Shown: positions 18,763-28,742 of the stretch, piece by piece
Layout: every line of letters begins with the position of its first letter
Position numbering within the stretch: position 1 is the stretch's first letter
NCBI GenBank assembly: GCA_028819545.1
Contig: JAPPLG010000014.1
Location: forward strand, 81,501 to 145,500
Length of the DNA stretch: 64,000 nt
Source: Bdellovibrionales bacterium
Lineage (GTDB): Bacteria; Bdellovibrionota; Bdellovibrionia; Bdellovibrionales; UBA1609
Reading direction: 5' to 3'
Notes under the pieces: model-generated
Told to the model about the DNA's origin: nothing
Database searches by the model: none
The model's input: the letters and a program-made list of their open reading frames with translations, nothing else
Translations under genes and position numbers: made by a program

Positions 18763-20052
18763 ATGAATTTAGAAGCTCCAGCCGTCACTAAAAGAATTCA
18801 AAAGCAAAATTCCCAAAAACCAAACAAAGGTTTCATTTCATGGTTTTCTCAAGCCACTTTTGAACAAAGAGAAATTAATGAATTTATCAGTGTCGGCCGC
18901 GACACAAGCCAGATGATTGTCCTGGATGACCCTTTTATTTCACGCCGGCATGCCCGTATTGAAAAAAAGAAAGATCACTACGTCTTAAAAGATATGTCCA
19001 GTCGAAACGGCATCTTCCTGAATGGGAATAAAATATTCTCAGCGATATTAAAAGATCAAGACCGCATTCAAATTGGCAAAACAGAATTTATTTTTTCAGC
19101 TAAGAGGTTTCAGAAAAATTGGAAAACTTTCAGTCACAGCCTTAATCCTTCCTGGAACAAGCAACTCTCACGTATTCCCTCTATGGCTCAAACAGATTTC
19201 CCTGTACTTATCTTAGGCCCTTCAGGCTCAGGTAAAGAACATTTAGCACATATGATACACTCCCAGTCTTTAAGAAACACCGGCCCTTATGTCAGTGTGA
19301 ATTGCAGTGCTTTAACAGAAACTTTGGCAGAAAGTGAATTTTTTGGTCACGTTCGAGGCTCCTATACAGGAGCAAGCCATGATCGATTAGGAGCTTTTCG
19401 CTCTGCACACGGTGGCACATTATTTTTAGATGAAATTGGCGACTTGCCTCTCAGTTTACAGCCAAAACTTTTAAGAGCTTTGGAGTCTAAAGAAATTAAA
19501 CCTGTAGGATCTGATCAAACAATTAAAGTGGATGTAAGAATTGTAACAGCCACTCACCAAAATCTACAAGAAAAGGTTTTGGACAAAACTTTTCGTGAAG
19601 ATCTATACTTTCGGCTTCATGTTTTAGAACTAAACCCTCCTGCTTTAAAAGATCGGATGGAAGATTTTAACAATATACTAAATACCCTTGCTGTTGAATT
19701 TGGAGTGTCTTTTTCCACTTCTGCTATAGACAGTTTAAAATCTTATCACTGGCCTGGAAATATTCGTGAACTCAGAAATTCAGTAGCACGGGCAAAAGCC
19801 CTTTTCTCAAACACCATATTGAAGGCTGACAATGTTATAGAAATTATTGATCCTATTTATAATAAAAACACTCCTTCACCTGAAGAAAAATTACCTATTC
19901 TAAAACAAATGGAAAAAGAAATACTTATTAAAGCTTTGAAAGATCATGCAGGCAACCAATCTATTGCCGCTCATCACCTGAATATACCAAGAACCACTTT
20001 CAACAGAAAACTCCGCTCCTATGGAATAGATTCCAATTCCTGTGAAAACTAA
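18763..20052 (+). CDS. FHA-domain sigma-54-dependent Fis-family transcriptional activator
   Basis: FHA (GR..SRRHA..SRNG), Walker A GPSGSGKE, GSYTGA, FLDEIG, WPGNIREL, C-terminal HTH. Confidence 0.93.
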   Translation: MNLEAPAVTKRIQKQNSQKPNKGFISWFSQATFEQREINEFISVGRDTSQMIVLDDPFISRRHARIEKKKDHYVLKDMSSRNGIFLNGNKIFSAILKDQDRIQIGKTEFIFSAKRFQKNWKTFSHSLNPSWNKQLSRIPSMAQTDFPVLILGPSGSGKEHLAHMIHSQSLRNTGPYVSVNCSALTETLAESEFFGHVRGSYTGASHDRLGAFRSAHGGTLFLDEIGDLPLSLQPKLLRALESKEIKPVGSDQTIKVDVRIVTATHQNLQEKVLDKTFREDLYFRLHVLELNPPALKDRMEDFNNILNTLAVEFGVSFSTSAIDSLKSYHWPGNIRELRNSVARAKALFSNTILKADNVIEIIDPIYNKNTPSPEEKLPILKQMEKEILIKALKDHAGNQSIAAHHLNIPRTTFNRKLRSYGIDSNSCEN

Positions 20053-21118
20053 ATACTTACTACTTTTTTCTTTGCTGTTTTCTTTTACGGTTCAAGCCAA
20101 AGTCACTTGGTTTTTGTCCAAAGAAGAAAGCTCCCACAAAGGAGCTTTTGTTCCTGCATACAGCAGATCTAATTTTTTAGGACATATATTAGGAGCCCGA
20201 CTGTTTATTTACCCCACTTCTAAAACAGGCAGTTACCTGTCCTTCAGCGGGCATTGGGGTCTGACAAAAACTATAAAAGGTATTCAAAGCAACTGGATTT
20301 ACTGGACAGATCAGGGAGAGTGGTCATCATCTCTAAGATGGGAGCAAACATCTGATCCTTTCTATAAAAGTGAATCCACTGATCGTATTGAAATACCTGT
20401 ACAAAAAAAAGAACTTTATATTCAATATTTACATATACTAAATGAAAAGTGGAAAGCTGGTGTGTTTGCAGAATTTCAAGAAAGAAGAGAAGAAAAAGAA
20501 CGGCCCTGCACTCTGTTCACAAAAACAGAAGAAAAAGTATTATCTAATCAATGCTATGGTTTTTCCCCTCATGAACTTGGAGGAACTTTAGGAACAAAAA
20601 TTCGAAGGGATACACGAGATAATATTTTCAATCCTTCTAAAGGGTATTTATTCCAAACAGATGTCAAAGCAGGTTATGAACATTACAATTTAAGTGATGT
20701 TTTTTTACAATTTAACACTCAAATATCTTTTATTTTTTCTATCTTAGATTACGAGAAGTGGGTCTTAAACTTTGCTGTTGGAGGCACCCTCTTTGACACT
20801 AAAGAAAATAAATTACCTTATAGCTTTCAATTTAAATTAGGGGGAATGGACTATCTTAGAGGCTATTTACAAGGGAGATTTCATTCTGATCAATATTATT
20901 TAGCTCAAGGAGAGTTTCGACTACCTCTTCTTTCCTGGCTGGAGTCTGTATTATTTTTAGACTTAGGGCATGTCAGTTGGGTTAAAAAACCTTTATTTTC
21001 AGCTGGAGCAGGGGTTCGCATTGGTCTGCCCCCCTCTTATGACAAGAAAATCAGGGTTGAAGTCGGTTGGGGCGAAGATCAGCATAATTTTGTTGTGACT
21101 TTTGCCTATCCATATTAA
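20042..21118 (+). CDS. Omp85/BamA-TamA family outer-membrane barrel protein
   Basis: Signal peptide; [33 protein letters not shown]. Confidence 0.8.
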   Translation: MKTKYLLLFSLLFSFTVQAKVTWFLSKEESSHKGAFVPAYSRSNFLGHILGARLFIYPTSKTGSYLSFSGHWGLTKTIKGIQSNWIYWTDQGEWSSSLRWEQTSDPFYKSESTDRIEIPVQKKELYIQYLHILNEKWKAGVFAEFQERREEKERPCTLFTKTEEKVLSNQCYGFSPHELGGTLGTKIRRDTRDNIFNPSKGYLFQTDVKAGYEHYNLSDVFLQFNTQISFIFSILDYEKWVLNFAVGGTLFDTKENKLPYSFQFKLGGMDYLRGYLQGRFHSDQYYLAQGEFRLPLLSWLESVLFLDLGHVSWVKKPLFSAGAGVRIGLPPSYDKKIRVEVGWGEDQHNFVVTFAYPY

Positions 21119-21134
21119 GTTAACCTGCAGGAAA

Positions 21135-22781
21135 ATGAATACACCAAAGTATATCTTCATTACAGGAGGAGTGGTCTCCTCTGTCGGAAAAGGCCTGACT
21201 GCGGCCAGTTTAGGAGCTTTATTGGAAGCTAGGGGGCTTTCTATCAGCATTATTAAGTGCGATCCCTACTTGAATGTAGATCCCGGAACACTCTCCCCTT
21301 TTCAACATGGAGAAGTCTATGTCACTGATGACGGTGCTGAAACAGATTTGGATTTAGGTCACTATGAAAGATTTACATCCGCCCCTTTAAGAAAATCCAA
21401 CAGCATCACAACAGGGCAAATTTATGAAAGTGTAATCTCCAAAGAAAGAAGAGGAGATTTTTTAGGCCATACTGTACAGGTTATTCCACACATTACAGAT
21501 GAAATTAAGTCACATATGTTTGACAAAGGTAAAGACAGCGATATTGTTATTGTAGAAATTGGAGGCACCATAGGCGATATTGAAAGCCTTCCCTTTGTAG
21601 AAGCTATTCGACAAATGAGGGCGGATCTAGGTTTTGAAAATACAGCATTTATTCATGTCACTTTAGTTCCATTTGTAAAAGTTGCCGGTGAATTTAAAAG
21701 TAAACCGACACAACACTCAGTTAAATCTTTGAGAGAAGTAGGTGTTCAGCCTGATTTTTTAATTTGCAGAAGCCATCAAAAAATTGATGAATCTTTAAAA
21801 TCAAAAATTTCTCTTTTTTGCAGTGTCCCTCCAAGTAATGTTATTTTTACTCCTGATGTAGATGTCATTTATGAAGTTCCATTACTTCTCCATAAAGAAA
21901 AATTAGACAATAAAATAGTGGAGCAACTTCGACTTTCCACTCAAGAACCTCAGATACAAAGATGGAACCAAATTGTACAAAATTATAAATCTCCTGAAAA
22001 ATCCATCACAATAGGCTTAGTTGGAAAATATGTGGATCTTAAAGACAGCTACCAGTCTCTTCATGAAGCTTTGGCTCACGCAGGAGTGGCCAACTCCTCT
22101 CAAGTGGATATTGAATATATTGATTCCGAATGCCTTAATGAAGAAAACGTAGCTCCTGTGTTAAAAGATCTTGACGGCATTATTGTGCCTGGAGGTTTTG
22201 GGCAAAGAGGGGTACCCGGAAAGATTTTAGCCATTCAATATGCCAGAGAAAATAATATTCCTTTCCTTGGTATTTGTTTTGGCATGCAGATGGCGGCACT
22301 GGAATTTGCCAGAAATGTTTGTGGATTAAAAGAGGCTTCTTCCAAAGAGTTTTCAGATAAAAGCCCTGACATGGTCATTCACACTATGGAAAGTCAAATC
22401 GGTATTAAAAATAAAGGAGCCACAATGAGATTAGGCGCTTACCCCTGCACTATTCACAAAAATACAAGAGCTTTCGAAGTTTATCAAACTCAACATATTT
22501 CTGAAAGGCACAGGCATCGGTTTGAATTAAATAATGAATATCGGGAAATTTTAGAAAAACACGGAATGTCTTTATCAGGTATCAATGAAGAAAACAATTT
22601 AGTGGAAATATTGGAAATCCCGAATCACCCATGGTTTATAGGTGTACAATTTCATCCTGAATTTAAGTCCAAACCTTTTTTACCTCATCCGGTCTTTGAC
22701 CATTTGATTCGCGCCTCTGTTTTATGCAAACAACAAAATAGTTCTAAAGCAACTGAATCTGAAGATACAGCCTCTCCTTAA
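21135..22781 (+). CDS. pyrG: CTP synthase
   Basis: [38 protein letters not shown]; likely ATG at 21135. Confidence 0.98.
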   Translation: MNTPKYIFITGGVVSSVGKGLTAASLGALLEARGLSISIIKCDPYLNVDPGTLSPFQHGEVYVTDDGAETDLDLGHYERFTSAPLRKSNSITTGQIYESVISKERRGDFLGHTVQVIPHITDEIKSHMFDKGKDSDIVIVEIGGTIGDIESLPFVEAIRQMRADLGFENTAFIHVTLVPFVKVAGEFKSKPTQHSVKSLREVGVQPDFLICRSHQKIDESLKSKISLFCSVPPSNVIFTPDVDVIYEVPLLLHKEKLDNKIVEQLRLSTQEPQIQRWNQIVQNYKSPEKSITIGLVGKYVDLKDSYQSLHEALAHAGVANSSQVDIEYIDSECLNEENVAPVLKDLDGIIVPGGFGQRGVPGKILAIQYARENNIPFLGICFGMQMAALEFARNVCGLKEASSKEFSDKSPDMVIHTMESQIGIKNKGATMRLGAYPCTIHKNTRAFEVYQTQHISERHRHRFELNNEYREILEKHGMSLSGINEENNLVEILEIPNHPWFIGVQFHPEFKSKPFLPHPVFDHLIRASVLCKQQNSSKATESEDTASP

Positions 22782-22794
22782 TTATGAAATAATA

Positions 22795-22917
22795 AATTGG
22801 AAGAGTTGAAGTTAGTAATTCAAAACTCAAACATGCGTTTTGCCACAGAACAAACTTTCAGCTGTTCTGTGATCAAAGCCGAACTCGTTTGAACCACTAA
22901 CTTCAACACTTCCAATT
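22795..22917. mobile_element. MITE-like palindromic element (123 bp, 22-bp terminal inverted repeats)
   Basis: aattggaagagttgaagttagt ... actaacttcaacacttccaatt (21/22); inner cacagaac/gttctgtg stem; partial copy at 25955-25987. Confidence 0.6.
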
Positions 22918-22959
22918 CGATCTTACACGCCTTAATCTTAGTAATAGCAATATTATTTT

Positions 22960-24009
22960 TTAATCCCAGTAATCGGACCATTCAGGTTCATGGGTTAAGA
23001 AAGTACAATTACGAAGAGCAACTTCAGGAACACTTAGATAAGTGTCTTTCAATAAATATTGATCAATTTGATTGGCAGAATATCGAAAAGCTCCTGTACC
23101 TTCGTTATCGTATACAGAAGGACAAAAATAAATCCATGAAAGACAGGCTTTATAAGAGCGGTCGCTTCCATAACCATTTATAGAATCAACATTTTCACAA
23201 ACTCTGGAAAGCACATCATGAGTCAGCTCATAGATGGCAGACACTTCTTCATCATCGCTACTAAAAGTGACAATACCCCCCAAATAGCCTTGAATATTTT
23301 GTAAAACAATTTTTTCACCCTCTGTTAATGAGCTACTACTTTCTATTTCAGAACAGATCTCGGTGTCATTAGTAGTATCGCTAACGGTGTCAGAACAATA
23401 TGGAGTGGATTTTATAGGTTTGTCATCTACATCTCTTTGTCCAGCACTATGAACTAAGAGATCCGCAATAATATGAGTCCTTTTATCTGAAAAATCACGT
23501 ATGGATTCTGCAACAGATTTATTAAGAATAATCCAACTTAAAACATCTTCAGCTTGAGATGGGGTATACGCCGGCCCTCCTGGATCATCTCCATCCTCAT
23601 CATCATCGTCTTCTTCATCTCTTCGATACTCTCCTCGAATCACATTGGACCAGGAAGATAAAGCCACACTGGCAAAAAGATCAAAGTCCCCTTGCCTAAT
23701 ATCACTTAAATCATGCACTGTTTTTAATTCATCAAAAACCTCTTCCACCTTTCCTATTTCTTTTAAAGACAGCCTGTAACAACTTTTTCTTTCATCAGAA
23801 GCATCCAGCATTTGATCACAGATATTTTCACATCTCTCAGAATCTTCACATTGATTGGTGGAGCGTGTAGATCTCCTTCTGCCAATACGGCTGTCACTGG
23901 ATCTTCCACCTGAGTCTGAAATAGAAGCCAAATAGTCCAGACTGGTTGAATCTACACAAGAAGTTAGTCCAAATAATACAATAATCAATCCTACTGTTTT
24001 CATATTCAT
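22960..24009 (-). CDS. Acidic Cys-rich lipoprotein (paralog A)
   Basis: Lipobox LTSC; CEDSERCENICDQM..CY; Asp-rich. Confidence 0.8.
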   Translation of the reverse strand: MNMKTVGLIIVLFGLTSCVDSTSLDYLASISDSGGRSSDSRIGRRRSTRSTNQCEDSERCENICDQMLDASDERKSCYRLSLKEIGKVEEVFDELKTVHDLSDIRQGDFDLFASVALSSWSNVIRGEYRRDEEDDDDEDGDDPGGPAYTPSQAEDVLSWIILNKSVAESIRDFSDKRTHIIADLLVHSAGQRDVDDKPIKSTPYCSDTVSDTTNDTEICSEIESSSSLTEGEKIVLQNIQGYLGGIVTFSSDDEEVSAIYELTHDVLSRVCENVDSINGYGSDRSYKACLSWIYFCPSVYDNEGTGAFRYSANQIDQYLLKDTYLSVPEVALRNCTFLTHEPEWSDYWD

Positions 24010-24998
24010 TTCCTTAAAAAATCTAAAGCTTCCTTATATAAACTGCATTCCTGTAATGGTAATGAATCTAATTCATAACCTTTATATTCAACTAGAATAG
24101 GACATAGATAAAACTGAGCACATAATAGAGAACTGCCGCATATTTCAGCAATAAGATCTGTGGCCATCTCCACAGCATTGTCATTATCCTGTGCTTCTGC
24201 ATAAGTGGAAAATCCCACATCATCATACTCACCTTGAACTAAACCTATATAAATAGAAGCTGGATTATCATGACAAATACCTCTTGAAGGTGGATCCGAA
24301 TCTTCAAGAGTAATACTCCAATGATTATCTATATTAGGTGGAGTCCACATTCCATCACTGTTTAAGATGTCGCTACTGCAATCACTTTCACTTACACCCC
24401 ATAAGTCACAAATATATTCTCTTTGTTCTTCTTCAGAAACAGAGCGCCCGGCAATACAAAAAAGATGACGGATAATATCCAAATCATCGTCTTTTGATAC
24501 GATGGTGCGGGCAATTCTTTCCCTATTAGCTATCCATTCCAAAACCAACTGAGCTGAATCAGAGTCATAAGCATGAATATCTTCCCAATATTCATTTCTT
24601 CGATCTCCGTCTTCATCTCTATGAACAGGATCAATAAGATCTAAAAATCCTCTATAGCCAATATTTAAAAAGTGAGAAAAATCTTTATCTTCAATATCAT
24701 TTAATTCAGAAAGTCTGCTCGGATTAATTAAAACCTCAAAAACCTCAGAGACCACCTTAACCCGACTTTCTGGTGAATCATAACAGCGATCCAGGTCTGT
24801 CGCCTTTAAATACATATCTTCACAGGTTTCTTTGCATCGCTCACTTTCAGAACACCTTTCAGAAGAATCACTCAAAGATCTGGAGCGAACTCTATCTCTA
24901 AGTTGATCCCTGGCCTCTCCAGAAGTGGAAAAAAGCCCTGTGACCGGTTGATCAATACAAGACACTAAAAAAAGGGGTAAAAATATAAGCCATTTCAT
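24006..24998 (-). CDS. Acidic Cys-rich lipoprotein (paralog B)
   Basis: Lipobox LVSC; CSESERCKETCEDM..CY; ATGA overlap with paralog A. Confidence 0.8.
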   Translation of the reverse strand: MKWLIFLPLFLVSCIDQPVTGLFSTSGEARDQLRDRVRSRSLSDSSERCSESERCKETCEDMYLKATDLDRCYDSPESRVKVVSEVFEVLINPSRLSELNDIEDKDFSHFLNIGYRGFLDLIDPVHRDEDGDRRNEYWEDIHAYDSDSAQLVLEWIANRERIARTIVSKDDDLDIIRHLFCIAGRSVSEEEQREYICDLWGVSESDCSSDILNSDGMWTPPNIDNHWSITLEDSDPPSRGICHDNPASIYIGLVQGEYDDVGFSTYAEAQDNDNAVEMATDLIAEICGSSLLCAQFYLCPILVEYKGYELDSLPLQECSLYKEALDFLRK

Positions 24999-25150
24999 GA
25001 CTTATTTATCGACATGTTGAATATTCCCAATAAGTGCTTTATCCTATATAAAAAGACAACTAGTCTATAGTCTTAGTTGTATTTAAGACTTATATGAAAA
25101 TTTGTTATAAAGAGTGAATTTTAAACACAGATTACTTAGGAGAAAACAAG

Positions 25151-25867
25151 ATGTTTGTACGAAAGACTTTATTTTTTATGTGCATATTTTTAATCAGCTG
25201 TGCACATGTGCCCCTTCAAGCAGGAGGAGAAGAGTCTGTCATTGTGGTTCATGGCTTTGCCAGAAGAGCCCGCTCTATGAATCAAATTGCTACTGCTGTT
25301 CATCAAGCCGGTTATGAAGTCAGAAATGTAGACTACGATTCGATTAACAAAAATTTAAACGATATCAAAGAAGAAATTTATAGTAAGTTTGACCAATATA
25401 TCTTTGAAAATCCAGGCAAAAAAATTCATTTTATAGGTCACTCTTTAGGGGGTCTTTTGGTTCGAGCTTATTTAGCTGAAAATAAATTAGATAATTTAGG
25501 TGTTGTAATTTTAATGGGAACACCCAATAAAGGCACACAACTGGTTAACCAATATGAAGACAAGTGGTACTTTTCCTGGCTGGGGCCAGTGATTCCTGAG
25601 CTAGGAGTTGGAAATTCTCAGTTTTTGGATGCACTTCAAATGCCTGATTATACCGTGGGTGTCATTGCAGGATCCAAGCCTTATTCCAGACGGTCTGCAA
25701 AGTACTTGGAAGGAGATCATGACGGCCTGGTTACAGTAGAGTCTGCCAAGTTAGAGGGAATGCATGATTTTATAGAAATTGAAGTGAACCATTCCAGAAT
25801 GAAGAGAGATCCGATAGTTATTGAACAGGTGATTTATTTCTTAGAAAATTCCCAGTTTAAAAAGTAG
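25151..25867 (+). CDS. Alpha/beta hydrolase (lipase/esterase), probable lipoprotein
   Basis: VHGF, GHSLGG nucleophile, GTPNKG, DGLV, NHS; LISC lipobox. Confidence 0.9.
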   Translation: MFVRKTLFFMCIFLISCAHVPLQAGGEESVIVVHGFARRARSMNQIATAVHQAGYEVRNVDYDSINKNLNDIKEEIYSKFDQYIFENPGKKIHFIGHSLGGLLVRAYLAENKLDNLGVVILMGTPNKGTQLVNQYEDKWYFSWLGPVIPELGVGNSQFLDALQMPDYTVGVIAGSKPYSRRSAKYLEGDHDGLVTVESAKLEGMHDFIEIEVNHSRMKRDPIVIEQVIYFLENSQFKK

Positions 25868-25909
25868 CAAAGGCTTGCAAGTATTCGCTCAGTAGCTACA
25901 CTGCTTCGT

Positions 25910-25925
25910 AGTCCGGAATGACTTT
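25910..25925. repeat. REP-like half site agtccggaatgacttt (identical copy at 35428-35443)
   Basis: 16-bp exact match between two intergenic regions; GGAATGAC end shared with the coding REP copies. Confidence 0.55.
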
Positions 25926-25954
25926 TTACACACAGAAGTGAAATAGTTTGTATA

Positions 25955-25987
25955 AGTGACTCAAACGAGTTCAGCTTTGATCACAGA
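25955..25987 (-). repeat. Partial inverted copy of the 22795-22917 element
   Basis: Reverse complement matches 22866-22898 at 30/33. Confidence 0.75.
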
Positions 25988-26238
25988 TTCAAAGTAGTAA
26001 TGTTTTTACCGACGCCGGCAACTGGATGCATTATATTAGAATTATAGAAAGTATAAAAATTGATAAATTTATAAATTATAACCATAATCAAAAATTTGAG
26101 TTATTGAAAGATAATTTAAGGAAAGTCCATTCGTCAATATCTCAATTCTGTCATCGAATTAGTGAACATTCGCGGGGATGACTATTAAAAAATTGATTCT
26201 AATTAAAAAACACATTAAGGTAATTGTGAAAAAACTTT

Positions 26239-26312
26239 TGGGACATAGCTCAGTTGGTTAGAGTGCTACCTTGACATGGTAGAGGTCGGCGGTTCAAATC
26301 CGCCTGTCCCAA
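26239..26312 (+). tRNA. tRNA-Val (GAC)
   Basis: Acceptor TGGGACA/TGTCCCA, D-arm AGCTCAGTTGGTTAGAG, anticodon stem ctacc-ttGACat-ggtag, T-loop GTTCAAATC; CCA not encoded. Confidence 0.96.
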
Positions 26313-26345
26313 TAAAAATTCATTATTTTTCTGTCGTTTCTGTAA

Positions 26346-26645
26346 TCATGAGGCAATAGAAACTTTTAATTTTACATTATCTCGTCTTAATTGATCTTGC
26401 AGGACAATTTGTACCCATACTTTTTGAGGATGTTTGAGTTTTTTAGCCCATTTTGCTACCATTTTCACTGACGGTAGTCTCCTGCCTTTCTCAAAATCAC
26501 ATAGTTTCTGTTTGGATGTACTTAATTTATGAGCCATTTGAGTTTGAGTTAGTTCATTGTCCTCTCTATAAATAACCAATAAGTCTGCCAAAGTTAAAGA
26601 ACCATAATCTTTTTCCAAATTTTTTAAACTATATTTAATACTCAT
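26346..26645 (-). CDS. XRE-family HTH protein (HigA-like antitoxin/regulator)
   Basis: LTQTQMAHKLSTSKQKLCDFEKGRRLPS. Confidence 0.88.
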   Translation of the reverse strand: MSIKYSLKNLEKDYGSLTLADLLVIYREDNELTQTQMAHKLSTSKQKLCDFEKGRRLPSVKMVAKWAKKLKHPQKVWVQIVLQDQLRRDNVKLKVSIAS

Positions 26646-26653
26646 GTGGCACC

Positions 26654-26720
26654 ACCCTTTTAGGAAAAATCTACAACATCCACATTTTAATGTGTACCCC
26701 TAAAAAGGGTATTTTGTCAA
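26654..26720 (-). promoter_or_regulatory. Putative promoter/operator of the HTH gene
   Basis: TTGACA on the minus strand (26715-26720); inverted acccttttagg/cctaaaaagggt boxes and cacatt-tt-aatgtg palindrome; -10 is weak. Confidence 0.45.
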
Positions 26721-26739
26721 CATTAAAAATATCCAACAG

Positions 26740-26772
26740 TTTGAGGATGCTTGAGTTTTTTAGCCCATTTTG
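26740..26772. repeat. 33-bp direct copy of an internal segment of the HTH gene (26423-26455)
   Basis: tttgaggatgYttgagttttttagcccattttg, 32/33 identity. Confidence 0.85.
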
Positions 26773-27006
26773 TCTAAAATACAAGCTGTTAATCAAAAAT
26801 AGAGATTACTAATTGACCTTAACAGTACCCTCTAGTAAATAACTTTTTGCACAATAAATTATAGTTCAAAAAATAGTTAAAATCTTAAAATATTAAAAAT
26901 TACTGCCCAAAAGAATAGAAATTACAGTTTAGCTCTGGTATGCTCTCTGACTCACTTAGAAGTACTAACAGAATATATTATAGAATTGAAAAGATAAGGA
27001 ATTTCA

Positions 27007-28131
27007 ATGAGTTATGACTTAAATTTTAGAAAATACATTATAGTTTTTACCTTTTTTATTTCCAGCTTTTCCAAAGCTCAAATTGAAGAAAAAACACTGG
27101 AGATCCTCACACCTAACGATCAAACCAGTGAAATTTTAAAATTAGCTGAAAAAGAAGCCGCCTATCAATTGATCTCAGATATGCTGGGGAAAGATCAGTT
27201 TGAAAAAATCAAAAGCTCTATTGACAAAAAAGTTCTGCCTCAAAGCAAAAACTTTATCCTATTAACAAAAATCATTGAAACAGAACCCACTGAAGATAAA
27301 CAATTTTTGAATAAAGTATTGATACGATTTTCAAAGAAAACTTTAAAAAATATTCTTATCTCTTCTCATCTTTTTTATTTGGATTACAGCGCAGACAGAA
27401 TTCTAACTCTTATTGAGTTTAAAGATGAAAAAAATAGAAAAGTGTACCGCTGGTGGAACGAAAATGTGGAAACTCCAAATCCCATACAAAATCTTTATTC
27501 AAACCTTCAAAGCTTATTCCTTAAATATGGCTTTTATGCTGTTCACCCCACCTTTAGCCAATATCATTTTATGATTCCTAAGAAACTAAAGTTTAACAAA
27601 CTCAATGCTAAAACAGCTCAAAAACTTGCTGAATTTTTTCAATCCGGTCTTATCATTTTAGGCTCTATCACCTTAGAGCCTCTTTCAGATTCTATGTCTC
27701 AAGCGATCTGGGACTTAACTCTTTATAACTCTATTTACCTAAGAGAACTTTCCACATATAAATCGAGAACGAAAGTTCCTGAACATTCCTGGGATTTTTT
27801 AAAAACACACCACTGGGCTGAAAACTTTGCTATGGAAATGAAGTCTATCTATGAAAAAGGTGTTCTCTCCTCACAGCTCTTTACAATAACTCTGGAAGGA
27901 AGCTTAAACCATCTGGAACGAGAAACTTTAAAAAAATCTTTGGAAAAAACACCTAATATCAACAATCTGACAATTAATGTTATTTCAGCTAAACAAATCG
28001 TGTACAATGCTGACGTCAATGCTCAAGGCACTCAAATTCTACAACAAGTTAAAAAATTAAAAGTATTGGATTTCAAACTCTCTCCCTATTTACAAAGAGA
28101 AAACCATTTAGTGATAAAGGTTGATAAATGA
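27007..28131 (+). CDS. Secreted/periplasmic hypothetical protein
   Basis: 374-aa ORF with signal peptide and AAGGA RBS; ATGA overlap with lipB. Confidence 0.7.
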   Translation: MSYDLNFRKYIIVFTFFISSFSKAQIEEKTLEILTPNDQTSEILKLAEKEAAYQLISDMLGKDQFEKIKSSIDKKVLPQSKNFILLTKIIETEPTEDKQFLNKVLIRFSKKTLKNILISSHLFYLDYSADRILTLIEFKDEKNRKVYRWWNENVETPNPIQNLYSNLQSLFLKYGFYAVHPTFSQYHFMIPKKLKFNKLNAKTAQKLAEFFQSGLIILGSITLEPLSDSMSQAIWDLTLYNSIYLRELSTYKSRTKVPEHSWDFLKTHHWAENFAMEMKSIYEKGVLSSQLFTITLEGSLNHLERETLKKSLEKTPNINNLTINVISAKQIVYNADVNAQGTQILQQVKKLKVLDFKLSPYLQRENHLVIKVDK

Positions 28132-28742
28132 TTTTTCAAAAAGTATGGGCAGATCAAATTCCTTATATGGAAAGTCTCAAAGAACAAGAAAAATTGAAAA
28201 CAAAATGTTTGGAAACAAACAAAAACTTTGCTCTTTGTTTTCACTGCCCTGCTGTAATCACTATGGGATTAAGAGGGTCTGAAGAAGACTTAATGCTGAA
28301 AAAATCAGAATATGAGAAAAAAAATATTCCTATTATCCCAATTAAAAGAGGAGGGCAAGCTACCCTACACTCTCAAGGACAGCTGGTTCTTTATCCCATT
28401 GCTAACATCAAACAAAATAAATTCAGAGTAAAAGACTTTGTGCACTTTATTGAACAAGCTACAAAAGAAACACTCGCCCAAATGGGAATTGCCACTCATA
28501 AGGAAGAAGGACAGGCAGGCCTTTTTACTTCAAAAGGAAAAATTGCCTTCTTTGGAATTCATGTCACTGAAGGAGTCAGCCAGCATGGTTTAGCTATTAA
28601 TATTGATAATGATTTAAAACTATTTGATCTGATCCGAAGCTGTGGAGTCAGCCATCGAGTACATGATAAACTCTCTAACTACTGTAAAGCTGACATTCAA
28701 GAAGTCTTTGATTTATGGATCAAAACAGCTAAGAGAACCTGA
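28128..28742 (+). CDS. lipB: Lipoyl(octanoyl) transferase
   Basis: VITMG, RGGQATLH..GQLVLYP, KIAFFG, HGLAIN, SCG. Confidence 0.92.
   Translation: MIFQKVWADQIPYMESLKEQEKLKTKCLETNKNFALCFHCPAVITMGLRGSEEDLMLKKSEYEKKNIPIIPIKRGGQATLHSQGQLVLYPIANIKQNKFRVKDFVHFIEQATKETLAQMGIATHKEEGQAGLFTSKGKIAFFGIHVTEGVSQHGLAINIDNDLKLFDLIRSCGVSHRVHDKLSNYCKADIQEVFDLWIKTAKRT

Noticed and set aside
25005-25035. GTCGATAA sigma-28-like -10 upstream of the lipoprotein pair (similar ACCGATAA near 14333)
   Set aside because: No TAAA -35 at the right spacing; too weak to call
26660-26830. Possible mini-CRISPR (atctacaaca resembles a Cas12a repeat end; 33-nt spacer-sized match)
   Set aside because: Only 10 nt match, there are no repeated flanking units and no cas genes in the window; kept only as a direct repeat
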